From: a candidate division WOR-3 bacterium
Lineage (GTDB): Bacteria > Hydrothermota > Tepidihabitantia > B3-TA06
Direction of reading: 5' to 3'
Assembly (NCBI GenBank): GCA_965649265.1
Contig: CBFGKC010000001.1
Location: 109,119 to 173,118 of the forward strand
Length of the DNA: 64,000 bases
The notes beneath the pieces are model-generated. The model made no database searches. It saw only the letters and a program-made list of their open reading frames with translations, and had not been told where the DNA came from. The position numbers and the translations under genes are program-made. Below, piece after piece: positions 1 to 9,644 of this stretch (the stretch's first letter is position 1; each line of letters begins with the position of its first letter).

Positions 1-1
1 A

Positions 2-523
2 CTGCTCGACCCCCGAAAGCAGAACGACCTCAAGCCTTTCATAAGGCCTGTGTTCGAACTCCTCAACGAGGCCTACCAGCATCTCTACGGCTTCTCGCCC
101 CTCGACCAGGAGGAGATAGACAAGGTTGCGGCCGACTACCTCCCTCTTCTCGACCCGCGCTTCGTTAAGCTCATCACGCTCGAGGGCAAACTCGTGGCGT
201 TCTCCATCGGTCTGCCCGATATAAGCGTGGGCGTGCGCGCCGCTCGCGGCAGACTCTTCCCGTTCGGAATCTTCAAGATTCTCTCCTCGTCCAAGAAAAC
301 CAAACAGCTGGACATGATGCTCGGGGCAATCAAAGAGGAACACCGCGGCAAGGGTCTCGACGTCCTGATGGCCGTTGATCTCTTCGAGAAGGCACAGAAG
401 GCGGGCATGACCATCTCCGACAGTCACCACGAGCTCGAGACCAACACGGTCATGCGCGCGGAGATGGAGAAGCTGGGCGGGGTCATATACAAGCGTCACC
501 GTCTCTTCTTCAAGAATCTCTAG
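2..523 (+). CDS. GNAT-family N-acetyltransferase (YghO-like), 5'-truncated by the window edge
   Basis: Frame is open from position 2. Motifs GRLFPFG, EEHRGKGLD (acetyl-CoA binding R/QxxGxG) and ELETN…M…GG.IYK are typical of YghO-like GNATs. Confidence 0.75.
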   Translation: MLDPRKQNDLKPFIRPVFELLNEAYQHLYGFSPLDQEEIDKVAADYLPLLDPRFVKLITLEGKLVAFSIGLPDISVGVRAARGRLFPFGIFKILSSSKKTKQLDMMLGAIKEEHRGKGLDVLMAVDLFEKAQKAGMTISDSHHELETNTVMRAEMEKLGGVIYKRHRLFFKNL

Positions 524-535
524 GCGGCGTAAAAC

Positions 536-1159
536 ATGGGCATCCTTCTTCTCCTCTGTGTGGCAACCCCCCTCCTCCCCCAATCTTCAGGTTTCGGTAT
601 TGCCGTTGAGGAGACCTTTGTCAGCGCGATGTTCTCCGTCGCGACCGGATTCATCACGGGTGAGCTGGGCTGGGTTGCCGCGCCCAAGGTTGCCGACACG
701 AACACCAAAAGCCCGTACTACCTCGACACCGTATACCAGCACAAGTTTCCGGCCGCCGTCGGTTCGGCTTACGGCCTCGGGCTTCCGTTCGGGGCGGCAC
801 TCGGGCTTCATCTCGCCGAGGGCGGCTATGGAGAACACACCTCGCTGTGGTCAAAGTGGCTGGGCGCCGAGGCGGGCGCTCTCGTCACGTGCGGGATATC
901 ATACCTCCTCCTGCGACTCGACGGCGACAGGACCGACTCGAGCGCGGGTGTCATCGATAAAGCTCTATTCGCCGACACGCCGCTCGAAAAGGTCGCGTCC
1001 CTGCTTCCCCTCGTCGGTGCAGTGGGCGGCGCCTTCGCGGGCCGCGCCGTCGCACCAAGGCTCGGACTTTCCGCCCGCACTCCCCCTCCTCTCGAGATCG
1101 GCCTTGGATCGGTGAACAATCAGCCGGCTTTCTCTTGCAGGCTGAGACTTGCGTTTTAG
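536..1159 (+). CDS. hypothetical exported/membrane protein
   Basis: 207-aa ORF 12 bp after the upstream stop. Hydrophobic N-terminus, Gly/Ala-rich hydrophobic segments, C-terminal …CRLRLAF. Confidence 0.6.
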   Translation: MGILLLLCVATPLLPQSSGFGIAVEETFVSAMFSVATGFITGELGWVAAPKVADTNTKSPYYLDTVYQHKFPAAVGSAYGLGLPFGAALGLHLAEGGYGEHTSLWSKWLGAEAGALVTCGISYLLLRLDGDRTDSSAGVIDKALFADTPLEKVASLLPLVGAVGGAFAGRAVAPRLGLSARTPPPLEIGLGSVNNQPAFSCRLRLAF

Positions 1160-1244
1160 CCCCCTCTCCCTGCTCCTCAAATTATTGGTTTTCTCCCCCG
1201 TGTAAGGCACAACCGGGTGACGAAACTATCAAATATCCGACCCA

Positions 1245-3812
1245 TTACTTGACGACCAGCACCTTGCCTGTCACTGCGAGCGTTCCCTGAACGAGTCTGG
1301 CGAAGTAGACGCCTGAAGGCAGGAAGCCTGGGTCCCAGGTTCCCGAACCACTCACTACCAGACGCTCGACGCGCCTGCCGTCCACCGAGAAGATATCGAG
1401 AAGAGCCTCGCCGCCCATCGCGACGCAGTAGGATACCCGGTTCAAAGAAGTCGAGAGCGTTATCGGGGATGGGGTTTTTGAAGTCTCATCGACTCCCGGC
1501 ACCTCAAGATCGACCACCTTGGCGTAGATGTCCCAGCCCTTGTGCCGACGGTTGTCCTGCCACACGTATACTATCCTGTCCCCGCCCGCGGCCACCGAGT
1601 TGTAGTTCGCGGCCTGGTAGTTGAAGCAGAAGAGGTCCGGATCGTTCACCTGAACCTTGCGGCTCCAGGGCGTACCGTCCGGGTGGTAATACACCGCCGA
1701 AACGTCAGGGTTGTCCGTGGAGTTGGAGTAATCCGTCCCATAGACCAAGAAGCCCCCCTGGGGCAAAGCAGCCACGCTTATATCATTGTGGCCGCCCAGA
1801 AGGATACCCGTATTTTTGTTTTCTCCGAGTTTCTCTCCATGAGCATCGTAGAACTGAACAAGACCATAAGCCGAGTCCGCCCACGCAACGCAGATGGTTC
1901 CCTCGTCGTCTACGGCAATGGCAGGTTTCTGTGCAACGCCACTAGGAGCCTCGTTAATCCGAACCGTATCACCCAGGGGCTTGCCTGACGAGTTGAAGCG
2001 CTGCATCATGATCCCGAACTTCTCCTTCCACGCCGTGACGAAGCTGTTGTCGTCCTTAAGAAAGATTGCATGCGGAATGTAACCAAAACCAGAGACGACC
2101 GGAACGCCGAACAACACAGGCGTCGCGTCAATTGCAAGATTATCCTTGTCGAAGCGCCTGGCCTTGAGCGTGTTAGAGCCTTGTACCGTATCGTTCCATA
2201 TCACGGCGAACGCGCCCTTGCGGTTCACGGAGACGTCGCAGCAAGTATTAAAGAAATTTCCCGCACAGCTGACCAGTTTTTCGTTCCCTGAAGGATAACC
2301 ATATTTCGTGTAGCGCTGAACACATATCTGCTGAGGGTCGGAGGCGCGCTTAAAAACCAGGACGAAATCCCCGCTCTTGCGGTTCATGCTCGCGCGAGCA
2401 TAGTATTGGGGCACCAATCTCGAAACACCGGAGGTGTCCTTCAAAGGCAAGGCGTCGCCCAGCGAGTCGCCGTCGGCGGAAAACCTGCGGCAGTAGGCCG
2501 GGGCATGGTACCAGTCCTCACTCCAAAGCGCGGTAAAGTTGCCTTCATCGTCGGCTAGAACCTGCGAGTATACTTCGTTGACGGAACTCTCGTCGTCTGA
2601 TATCTTAATCTCATTACCCAGCATCGAGCCGTAAACCATTCCGCGGCGGCCGAGCATCTCGTAAAAACCGTTCCTCTGTCTTGAATAAACGGCCATCCAC
2701 TGGTCGGCATTGAGCGCAAGCGCCTTGAGCATGCAGCCCTCCTCCCAGTCCTCGCTCAATGTCAACTCGGGGCCCCTCGGCGAGCCGTCGGCAAGGAAAT
2801 TCTGCAGATAGGTCACCAGCTTGCCTGTACGCTCGTCGCTCCAGGCAACGGTGAAGCTTCCGTCCCAGCCGACAACCATCTGGTGAGGGGAGATGCTCGT
2901 GAGATTTGAGTACAACTTGTAAATGATCTTCACATCACCGCTTGCCGTGCCGTCCCAGGAATAGGTTCTGTAATAGAGAGCATAGGGAACGAGCTGAGAG
3001 GCTATATCCCGGACTACCCATGAAAGCACAAACATACCCGCATGGTCGCATCCAACCGCTAAAGAATTCACGAAGGGTGGGAAAAGTTCGTTTGAGAATT
3101 CGGCAACCTGAAACACCCCACCGCGAGGGTCGCCGTTGGGTTTGTAACAGCAAGCTTTTATTCTCGTTGTCTGGTCCGATCCTGAACCGTTGCGGTACCA
3201 TGTGACGATAACGGCGCCGTTGGATGCTATCGCGACGCACGGCTTAATGTTGGGATCATCGACCGTCGCGACTTCCGCGACCTGATACTTCACCTTGCCG
3301 TTCGCGTCGAATACTATTAACCCTATAACCGGCTGCGGATCGCGCCAGGTTATCGCAAACTCGCCCGAGGGATTCATGGCCAGATTCGCTTCGGAGGTTC
3401 GACCGATAGCAAACAGCAAGGTGTCTTTCATGAGCAGTTCGCCTGAGGGTGATACCTTGCGCAGCCAGAACTCGCCCGAATCGCCTGCCGCGCGCCAAAG
3501 AACCACTGTATTCCCCGCACTGTCCGAGGCGGCGCAAACCAGGACCTGGCTTTTGCGAGTCGAATCGGAAGTTATCATGCGGTTGCCGCCTGAGGGAACG
3601 AGCGAAGTCGAAAGAAACTGACCGTAGAGATCCTCCTCGCTCTCGCGTGCGTTGCGTGTGTCCTCCCACACGACAAACCAGCCATGCGGCAAAGCTGCGA
3701 CCGTCGCAATGTCCTTGGTGCATTTGTTGGGAGAACCGGGGTTCACGAGGAAATCATCCTTTACAACCCCGCCGGTCAAAAGAATCGCCAGCGCCAAACC
3801 CAAAATACTCAT
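1245..3812 (-). CDS. T9SS C-terminal-domain secreted repeat protein (855 aa), paralog A
   Basis: SD GGAGGAG upstream. Repeated F.V.W.D…Q.F…G.P.G units (beta-propeller-like). C-terminus DIFSVDGRRV…LPSGVYFARL…KVLVVK. Confidence 0.8.
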   Translation of the reverse strand: MSILGLALAILLTGGVVKDDFLVNPGSPNKCTKDIATVAALPHGWFVVWEDTRNARESEEDLYGQFLSTSLVPSGGNRMITSDSTRKSQVLVCAASDSAGNTVVLWRAAGDSGEFWLRKVSPSGELLMKDTLLFAIGRTSEANLAMNPSGEFAITWRDPQPVIGLIVFDANGKVKYQVAEVATVDDPNIKPCVAIASNGAVIVTWYRNGSGSDQTTRIKACCYKPNGDPRGGVFQVAEFSNELFPPFVNSLAVGCDHAGMFVLSWVVRDIASQLVPYALYYRTYSWDGTASGDVKIIYKLYSNLTSISPHQMVVGWDGSFTVAWSDERTGKLVTYLQNFLADGSPRGPELTLSEDWEEGCMLKALALNADQWMAVYSRQRNGFYEMLGRRGMVYGSMLGNEIKISDDESSVNEVYSQVLADDEGNFTALWSEDWYHAPAYCRRFSADGDSLGDALPLKDTSGVSRLVPQYYARASMNRKSGDFVLVFKRASDPQQICVQRYTKYGYPSGNEKLVSCAGNFFNTCCDVSVNRKGAFAVIWNDTVQGSNTLKARRFDKDNLAIDATPVLFGVPVVSGFGYIPHAIFLKDDNSFVTAWKEKFGIMMQRFNSSGKPLGDTVRINEAPSGVAQKPAIAVDDEGTICVAWADSAYGLVQFYDAHGEKLGENKNTGILLGGHNDISVAALPQGGFLVYGTDYSNSTDNPDVSAVYYHPDGTPWSRKVQVNDPDLFCFNYQAANYNSVAAGGDRIVYVWQDNRRHKGWDIYAKVVDLEVPGVDETSKTPSPITLSTSLNRVSYCVAMGGEALLDIFSVDGRRVERLVVSGSGTWDPGFLPSGVYFARLVQGTLAVTGKVLVVK

Positions 3813-3952
3813 TTTCTCCTCCTTCCCCGTCCAGGGGGAAGCACTTAACCTCTCAGTAATCTATCCAAGCCCTCGACGACACGAGCCAGGGGCTGTTTAT
3901 AGTTCCAGAACCACCATCGCCCGCCCTATCTCACGAGCACAACCTTTTGCCA

Positions 3953-3988
3953 CCCCAGGAGAGTACCCGGTACTCTCCCGGGGACCCC
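3953..3988. repeat. 14-3-14 hairpin repeat with ACCCC tail
   Basis: CCCCAGGAGAGTAC-CCG-GTACTCTCCCGGGG-ACCCC, 3 bp past the stop of the minus-strand gene ending at 3992. Confidence 0.8.
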
Positions 3989-3991
3989 TTT

Positions 3992-6559
3992 CTACTTCAC
4001 TAAAACTATCTTAGCCGGAGTCATCTTCAAGTCATCAGGCATTATGAAGTACACACCCGGCCCGAAGCTCTCGCCCCACACGGCCGTACCCGTTGTCGCC
4101 GCCGACCGTATCTCACCAACCCTTCTACCTGAAGCGTCGAACACCGAGGCGTGGAAGCCGCCAGGGCAGTTCGTGTACCTCAGCGTGACGGTCGCACCGA
4201 CCGTCGTGACCGCCTCGAAGTCGAGGGGAGGAGGGGGTGTTACGGGCTCAACTACCCCCGGCACCTCAAGATCGACCACCTTCGCGTAGACGTCCCAGCC
4301 CTTGTGACGCCGGTTGTCCTGCCACACGTATACTATCCTGTTCCCGCCCGCGGCCACCGAGTTGTAGTTCGCGGCCTGGTAGTTGAAGCAGAAGAGGTCC
4401 GGATCGTTCACCTGAACCTTGCGGCTCCAGGGCGTGCCGTCCGAGTGGTAATAGATCGCCGAGACCTCCGGGTCATTTCCGAGTTCGGAATAATCCGTTC
4501 CGTAAACCACGAAGCCATCGCCGGGCAGGGCTGCGACGTTGACGGCGTCGTGGTTGGTTGCCTGGGAAGAATCCAGAAGAAAAAGTCCGGTGTTTTTATT
4601 CGACCCGAGCCTCGAACCGGATGCGTCGAAAAACTGTGCAAAGACGCAGCCGGTGACCGAGTCGGGCCAGACGACGCAGAAGTTCCCCTCATCATCCGCG
4701 GCCATGGCCAGAGTTTTCTTGTCCCAGGTAGCCAGGTCGTTTACCTTGAGCGCTTCTCCAAGAGGTTTCCCGGAGGAGTTGAAACGCTGCACGTCAATCA
4801 AGCCCTTCTTTTCCTTCCATGCGACTATGAAACCGCCGCCATCGGCAAGGCTGACAGCAGGGGAAACGTACTGAATGTTGGTTTTTACCACTATCGGCGA
4901 AGCGTCTATCGCGGCATCGTATTTGTCGAAGCGTTTCACGAAAAGCGTCGACTGATCGGCCCATACGGCGGCATATGCACCCTTGCGGTTCATAGAAACG
5001 CCGAAGAAGGAACCCGCATATTTTTTATCCAATTCGCCTATTACTTTCACGTTACCAGAAGGATAACCTGCGGATGTGTAACGTTGGCAACGAAACTCGG
5101 GCGGATTGCTGCGCTCCCAGGCAATCACGAATTCCCCGCTCTTGCGGTTTATGCTCGCAAGGGCTGAGTAATTGGGGTAGAGTCTGTTGATACCCGAGGA
5201 GTCCGTTATCGCCTGGGCGCCGGCCTTGGGCTCACCGTCTTTCGTGAACCTCGCGAACCAGGCCGGGCCCTTGGACCAGTCTTCGCACCAGAGAACGGTA
5301 AAGTTGCCCTCATCGTCTGCAAGAACCTGCGGGTACACTTCGTTGATGGAGCTCTCGTCGTCGTTTATCGCCACCTCAGCGCCCAGCATCGAGCCGTAAA
5401 CCATTCCGCGGCGACCGAGCATCTCGTAAAGGCCTCCTCTCTGTCTGGAATAAACGGCCATCCACTGGTCCGCATTGAGCGCAAGCGCCCTGAGAATGCA
5501 GTTATCTTCGGGACTTTCCTCGCTTACGGTCAACTCAGGTCCCCTGAGAGAGCCGTCCGCGTTGAAATTCTGAAGGTAGACGCGATGAACACCGGTGCGC
5601 GCGTCGCTCCAGGCAACGGTAAAGCTGCCGTCCCAGCCCACGACCATCTTGTGAGCGGTGATGGACGTGACTGCGGAATTCATCTTGTAAATTATCTTCG
5701 CCGGTCCAGTGGCCGAACCGTCCCACGAATAGCTTCTCGAGTAAAGGGCGTAGGGGTTGAGTGAAATGGGATCCCAGAGAACCCATGAGAGGATGAACTT
5801 GCCCGCATGATCGCTACCCACATCCACGGAGACCATTTGCGGGGTTGAGATGGGATTTACATAACCTGCGACCTTGAACCAGTCGCCCCGGGGGGTGCCT
5901 GAGGGTCTGTAAGTGCGGGCACAAACCATAACCGTATCCGATATCTCGGTGCTCCAGGCGGCTATGACCGCTCCATTCGATGCGATCGCGACCCTTAAAT
6001 TCAGACCGGAGCCCTCAATGACGTGCTGCACCTCTCCATTTGCCGTGCCATCCTCGTTAAACTTCAAGAGTCCCACATAGCCTGCGTCCTGCCACAAAAT
6101 CACGTATTCGCCCGAGCTGTTCATCGCCATGGTCGCTTCTTTGTCCGACCCCACGGCAAAAAGCATGGTATCTTTTCCTGTCGGCACGCCTGAGGGCGAA
6201 ACCCTTCGCAGCCAATACTCGCCTGCTGCTCCTCCGGCTCGCCACAGCACTACCATGTTGCCGGCGCTGTCTGAAGCCGCGCACACTATCTCCTGTCCGG
6301 GGTGCATCGAATCGGAGGTAACCATCAGGTTGATACCTGAGGGGACAAGCGATGTAGAAAGATACTGACCGAAAAGATCCCTGTTGCTCTCTCTCGCGTT
6401 TCGTGTGTCCTCCCATACGACAAACCAGCCCTGAGGCGACGGAGCTATAGTCGCATTGCCTTTGGTGCACTTGTCTGGTGAATCGGGATTGACGAGGAAA
6501 TCGTCCTTTACCACTCCACCGGTCAAAAGAACCGTCAACGTTAAAACCAAGAAGCTCAT
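3992..6559 (-). CDS. T9SS C-terminal-domain secreted repeat protein (855 aa), paralog B
   Basis: Collinear homolog of 1245..3812 (same TGGVVKDDFLVNP start). SD GGAGGAG. CTD SVFDASGRRV…GPGVYFI…KIVLVK. Confidence 0.8.
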   Translation of the reverse strand: MSFLVLTLTVLLTGGVVKDDFLVNPDSPDKCTKGNATIAPSPQGWFVVWEDTRNARESNRDLFGQYLSTSLVPSGINLMVTSDSMHPGQEIVCAASDSAGNMVVLWRAGGAAGEYWLRRVSPSGVPTGKDTMLFAVGSDKEATMAMNSSGEYVILWQDAGYVGLLKFNEDGTANGEVQHVIEGSGLNLRVAIASNGAVIAAWSTEISDTVMVCARTYRPSGTPRGDWFKVAGYVNPISTPQMVSVDVGSDHAGKFILSWVLWDPISLNPYALYSRSYSWDGSATGPAKIIYKMNSAVTSITAHKMVVGWDGSFTVAWSDARTGVHRVYLQNFNADGSLRGPELTVSEESPEDNCILRALALNADQWMAVYSRQRGGLYEMLGRRGMVYGSMLGAEVAINDDESSINEVYPQVLADDEGNFTVLWCEDWSKGPAWFARFTKDGEPKAGAQAITDSSGINRLYPNYSALASINRKSGEFVIAWERSNPPEFRCQRYTSAGYPSGNVKVIGELDKKYAGSFFGVSMNRKGAYAAVWADQSTLFVKRFDKYDAAIDASPIVVKTNIQYVSPAVSLADGGGFIVAWKEKKGLIDVQRFNSSGKPLGEALKVNDLATWDKKTLAMAADDEGNFCVVWPDSVTGCVFAQFFDASGSRLGSNKNTGLFLLDSSQATNHDAVNVAALPGDGFVVYGTDYSELGNDPEVSAIYYHSDGTPWSRKVQVNDPDLFCFNYQAANYNSVAAGGNRIVYVWQDNRRHKGWDVYAKVVDLEVPGVVEPVTPPPPLDFEAVTTVGATVTLRYTNCPGGFHASVFDASGRRVGEIRSAATTGTAVWGESFGPGVYFIMPDDLKMTPAKIVLVK

Positions 6560-6603
6560 TTTCTCCTCCTTCCCCTTCAGGGGAATTCTTGGTTAACGTA
6601 ATA

Positions 6604-6631
6604 AGTATAGGCCGGAGAGAAAGCCAGTCAA
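6604..6631 (-). promoter_or_regulatory. sigma70-type promoter of paralog B
   Basis: TTGACT-N16-TATACT on the minus strand. Confidence 0.7.
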
Positions 6632-6748
6632 GCCCCAAAATCGACGAAAAGATACTGCCCAGTATAGCAAAATATCATCTTTGTATGCGGGCGTTTCCTT
6701 CCGCCTTATGCCGTAGTTCATCGCTTCCTTTGTCCCTCCTCCACCTCC

Positions 6749-6813
6749 CCTCAGCCCTCCTCAGCCCTCCTCAGCCCCCCTCAGCCCCCTCAGGCCTCCT
6801 CAGGTTCCCTCAG
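6749..6813 (+). repeat. tandem CCTCAG array, ~10-bp period
   Basis: CCTCAG at 6749, 6759, 6769, 6779, 6788, 6798 and 6808, in a divergent intergenic region. Confidence 0.85.
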
Positions 6814-6873
6814 ATCCTTCGGCCCTCCCCTGCGGCCAGACTCTTCCTTTCTCTTCTCAATACTTGAATGGGC

Positions 6874-6901
6874 TTGACAAATTTCTCATAATGACTAATA
6901 T
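6874..6901 (+). promoter_or_regulatory. sigma70-type promoter
   Basis: TTGACA-N16-TAATAT. Confidence 0.6.
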
Positions 6902-6907
6902 CTCTGT

Positions 6908-7071
6908 GGATTTGTGTTGGGCAGGAGTAGTTATGAGCAGGGCTTGATACCTTCCAGCCGGGTTTGATTTGTAGTATCGGACTGCCGGGCGCGTCGAAAG
7001 AATCATTATGTGACGCATACATGAGGGGTATACAGGGCCGCTCAAGAACAAGAAGATAAGGATAACACAGG
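6908..7071 (+). ncRNA. candidate structured RNA / long 5' leader (unassigned family)
   Basis: Directly downstream of the promoter. Nested stems: 6911-6919 with 7063-7071, 6934-6953 with 7025-7044, plus inner hairpin 6991-6995 with 7012-7016. Confidence 0.3.
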
Positions 7072-7169
7072 TTAATACGTTTTGGTTCTAACGAAAGGGC
7101 TTGGCATCATAAAAGATAGCAACTCAATCCTGGGCAGTTTCTCCAACAGGATAACTCGAGGAGGTTCTA

Positions 7170-7736
7170 TTGGCCGGGGTTAGAGGCAATTCCTTTGCCA
7201 CGATAAACCGCTGGCTTTCGAAGCGGCTCGCGGGCGAGGATTACGACGATCTCCTGGCAAACATGCGTCAGCCGGTCGCAAAAATCCTCACGAGACCCGA
7301 GGGCTGGTCCTGGTATCCCCTTGAATACCTCTCCGAGATACTCGAAAACATCCACACATCCATCGCGTCGGTCAACGGCGAAGAAATCGAAAGCCTGGGC
7401 TGCTTCCTTGCCGAGGAGGACCTGGGCGGCGTCCCTAAAGTCAACGGGTCGCGTCTTCCAATGCCCAGGGTTCTTGCCCGCATACCCTTTCTCTGGTCGC
7501 GCTCCATGGACTGCGGCGACTTTAACATCATCCAGATCAGTGAGAGTGAAAACAAGGCCTCGCTCTCGCTTTCGGGCTACAACGGCGGCATCATGCACTG
7601 CGATCTTATCCGCTCCTGGCTCAAGCGGTGTTTTGAACTCCTCAGCGGTGCCGTTGTAACGGTCACCGAATCAGCTTGCCGCTACAAGAACGCCGGCTCG
7701 ACTTGCACCTGGGATATCTCCTGGGAAACTCCCTGA
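7170..7736 (+). CDS. V4R/H-NOX-like protein (TIGR02265/DUF2378-like), paralog 1
   Basis: TTG start after GAGGAGG. VRG…WYP…G..LA..DL pattern, and C-terminal HC…ESAC……CTW resembling the V4R cysteine motif. Confidence 0.6.
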   Translation: MAGVRGNSFATINRWLSKRLAGEDYDDLLANMRQPVAKILTRPEGWSWYPLEYLSEILENIHTSIASVNGEEIESLGCFLAEEDLGGVPKVNGSRLPMPRVLARIPFLWSRSMDCGDFNIIQISESENKASLSLSGYNGGIMHCDLIRSWLKRCFELLSGAVVTVTESACRYKNAGSTCTWDISWETP

Positions 7737-7969
7737 ACCTTATCCCTGAAGAGGACTCTTTCAACACAAACGAACCGCATTGAATCCTCCCCCTCCCCTG
7801 GTAAGTGACCGGTCTTAAACAGATACGCATTTCGTTCCGGGCAAAAGAGCTCTCTGTCGCAGCGCAGGGGGCGCCATCGAAGGCGCGCAAGCTTCCCGTC
7901 GAGTTCTGAATCCCCGCATTGCTCAATCGCCTGAACGGTTTCGGCTTAAACCCTCTCGCCAGCCGGTTC

Positions 7970-7998
7970 TTGACAAATTGGCATCAAGGAGTTATTAT
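7970..7998 (+). promoter_or_regulatory. sigma70-type promoter
   Basis: TTGACA-N17-TATTAT upstream of the AGGAGG SD and ATG 8039. Confidence 0.7.
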
Positions 7999-8038
7999 TA
8001 ACAATAACAAACCACCCTAATCAGGAAGGAGGTTTATA

Positions 8039-9421
8039 ATGAGGTTTTTGGTGCTTTTAGTTCTGGCAGGGATGACCGCCGCGGCCGCGGAAGAGGCGGT
8101 GGTCGATTGGCAAAGGACCTATGATTCAGGTAAAAAAGACGATGTGGCGGACGTTGCCGTTGACGGCTGGGGCAACATTTACGTCGCGGGCACAACCAGC
8201 GATGACGGCATAAACTCCGATTTCCTCATCCTCAAGTACGACAAATACGGCGGGCTGGCCTGGGACACGACCTACGACTCGGGCAATGAGGATTACGCCT
8301 ACGGAGTCGCCACCGATCCCGAGGGTAACGTGTTTGTCTCAGGGTACTCGCTCGTCGACACCGACCAGGATTTTCGTCTCGTAAAGCTCGACTCCACGGG
8401 CAGGCTGCTCTGGACCCGAAACTACAACCTCGGTTATGACAGGGCGGCAAAGGTCGCGGTGGACGGCGCCGGAGCGCCCTGCATTGCCGGGTACTCGACC
8501 GTCGGTTCCGACGGGCGTTTCCTTACGGTCAAGTTTACTAAGGACGGCAGCTTTCTCTGGTACAAGGACTACGGGGCAAATGCCGACGATCATGCGATGA
8601 GCGTCTGCTCCGATGGCCCTAACAATTTTCTGGTCGCGGGTTATTCTCGCAAGGGAGCGTCTACCTTCGACATGCGCGTAATAAAGTACGACGCATCGGG
8701 CAACGAGAAGCTTAATAAGACTTACGACATGGGAATATCCGAGTTCGCAACGGGCGTCGCGGCGGACTCGGCCGGCAACATATATCTTACCGGTTACGTC
8801 CCCGGCAGTGATTTTCTGACGGTAAAACTCAGCCCGGTGGGCAGCGAGAGCTGGGCAACGGTCTACAATCCAGGCAACGAGGCCAGGGACATTGCCCTTG
8901 ACCGGCAGGGTAACGTGTACGTCGTGGGTGAGTACAAATCGGGGGCCGACTACGATTTCACAACGATTAAGTATTCGAACGGGGGAATATTCCAGTGGGA
9001 AATCAGCGCAGGCGTCTACGCCCCGCGAGGGCTTTCGGGGGTCGCACTCGATTCGGACGGCGGCGTTTTTGCAGCGGGACCTTCTTTCAACGGCAGCAAT
9101 GTCGATTTCACGCTAATCAAGTACAGTCAAATCTCGGGTGTCGCAGAGCCGGACCCCTCTGCCGCGCTCCCTTCGCTTGTGCTCATCTCGACCCACGGTT
9201 CCTCGGCAACTCTCGCTTACACGCTCGCTCGCGATGAACGCGCCACTCTCTCCTTCTACTCCTGCGCCGGCGCCCTGGTCACGTCCCCCGTCCCCCTCTC
9301 AGCCTGCCAGGGTACCTACACCTGGGACGCAAGCCGCCTATCCCGGGGGGTCTACTTCGCAAGGCTCGACTCGCCTCAAGGCTCTCGAACGGTAAAGGTC
9401 GTAATCCTGACCAACTCATAA
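8039..9421 (+). CDS. SBBP/beta-propeller repeat protein with T9SS CTD
   Basis: Signal peptide. Repeats (V/I)A.D..GN(I/V)YV.G…DF…KY…G…W. CTD …LSRGVYFARL…TVKVVIL. Confidence 0.8.
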   Translation: MRFLVLLVLAGMTAAAAEEAVVDWQRTYDSGKKDDVADVAVDGWGNIYVAGTTSDDGINSDFLILKYDKYGGLAWDTTYDSGNEDYAYGVATDPEGNVFVSGYSLVDTDQDFRLVKLDSTGRLLWTRNYNLGYDRAAKVAVDGAGAPCIAGYSTVGSDGRFLTVKFTKDGSFLWYKDYGANADDHAMSVCSDGPNNFLVAGYSRKGASTFDMRVIKYDASGNEKLNKTYDMGISEFATGVAADSAGNIYLTGYVPGSDFLTVKLSPVGSESWATVYNPGNEARDIALDRQGNVYVVGEYKSGADYDFTTIKYSNGGIFQWEISAGVYAPRGLSGVALDSDGGVFAAGPSFNGSNVDFTLIKYSQISGVAEPDPSAALPSLVLISTHGSSATLAYTLARDERATLSFYSCAGALVTSPVPLSACQGTYTWDASRLSRGVYFARLDSPQGSRTVKVVILTNS

Positions 9422-9508
9422 AAACAAGAGGTGTTTTTTTGGCGACCCCTTTTTGCCCCTCCCCCGACTAAAGGGGTCCTTAAAAAAGTCGGTGCGGCTT
9501 TTTTTGGG
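9414..9508. repeat. tail-to-tail doublet of degenerate 14-3-14 hairpin repeats
   Basis: 9414-9449 ACTCATAAAAACAA-GAG-GTGTTTTTTTGGCG-ACCCC, and inverted copy 9473-9508 GGGGT-CCTTAAAAAAGTCG-GTG-CGGCTTTTTTTGGG. Confidence 0.6.
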
Positions 9509-9577
9509 GGGGGGGTAAAGATGCAGGAAAAAAAACCAACATCAAGTCAGGCTTCCGGTTTACATCTTCCTCCCCTC

Positions 9578-9605
9578 TTGACAAATGTTCACAACTGCAT
9601 ATCAT
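9578..9605 (+). promoter_or_regulatory. sigma70-type promoter
   Basis: TTGACA-N16-TATCAT. Confidence 0.7.
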
Positions 9606-9644
9606 AAAAAAGGTTAAATCGAAAAGAATGGAAGGAGGTTTCCA

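Noticed and set aside
1495-4453. Near-identical repeat pair as a diversity-generating retroelement TR/VR
   Set aside because: Mismatches are not confined to adenines, both copies are in-frame parts of paralogous genes, and no reverse transcriptase is in the window.
7838-7905. c-di-GMP-I riboswitch (GGCAAA…GCAAG); similar word at 11037
   Set aside because: Lacks the GNRA-capped P2, GACGCAAAGC and the P3 receptor, and lies upstream of the promoter rather than in a leader.
9501-9535. G10 and A8 homopolymers as a phase-variation switch
   Set aside because: They lie upstream of the -35 box, not in the spacer or CDS, and the G-run is partly the arm of a repeat copy.
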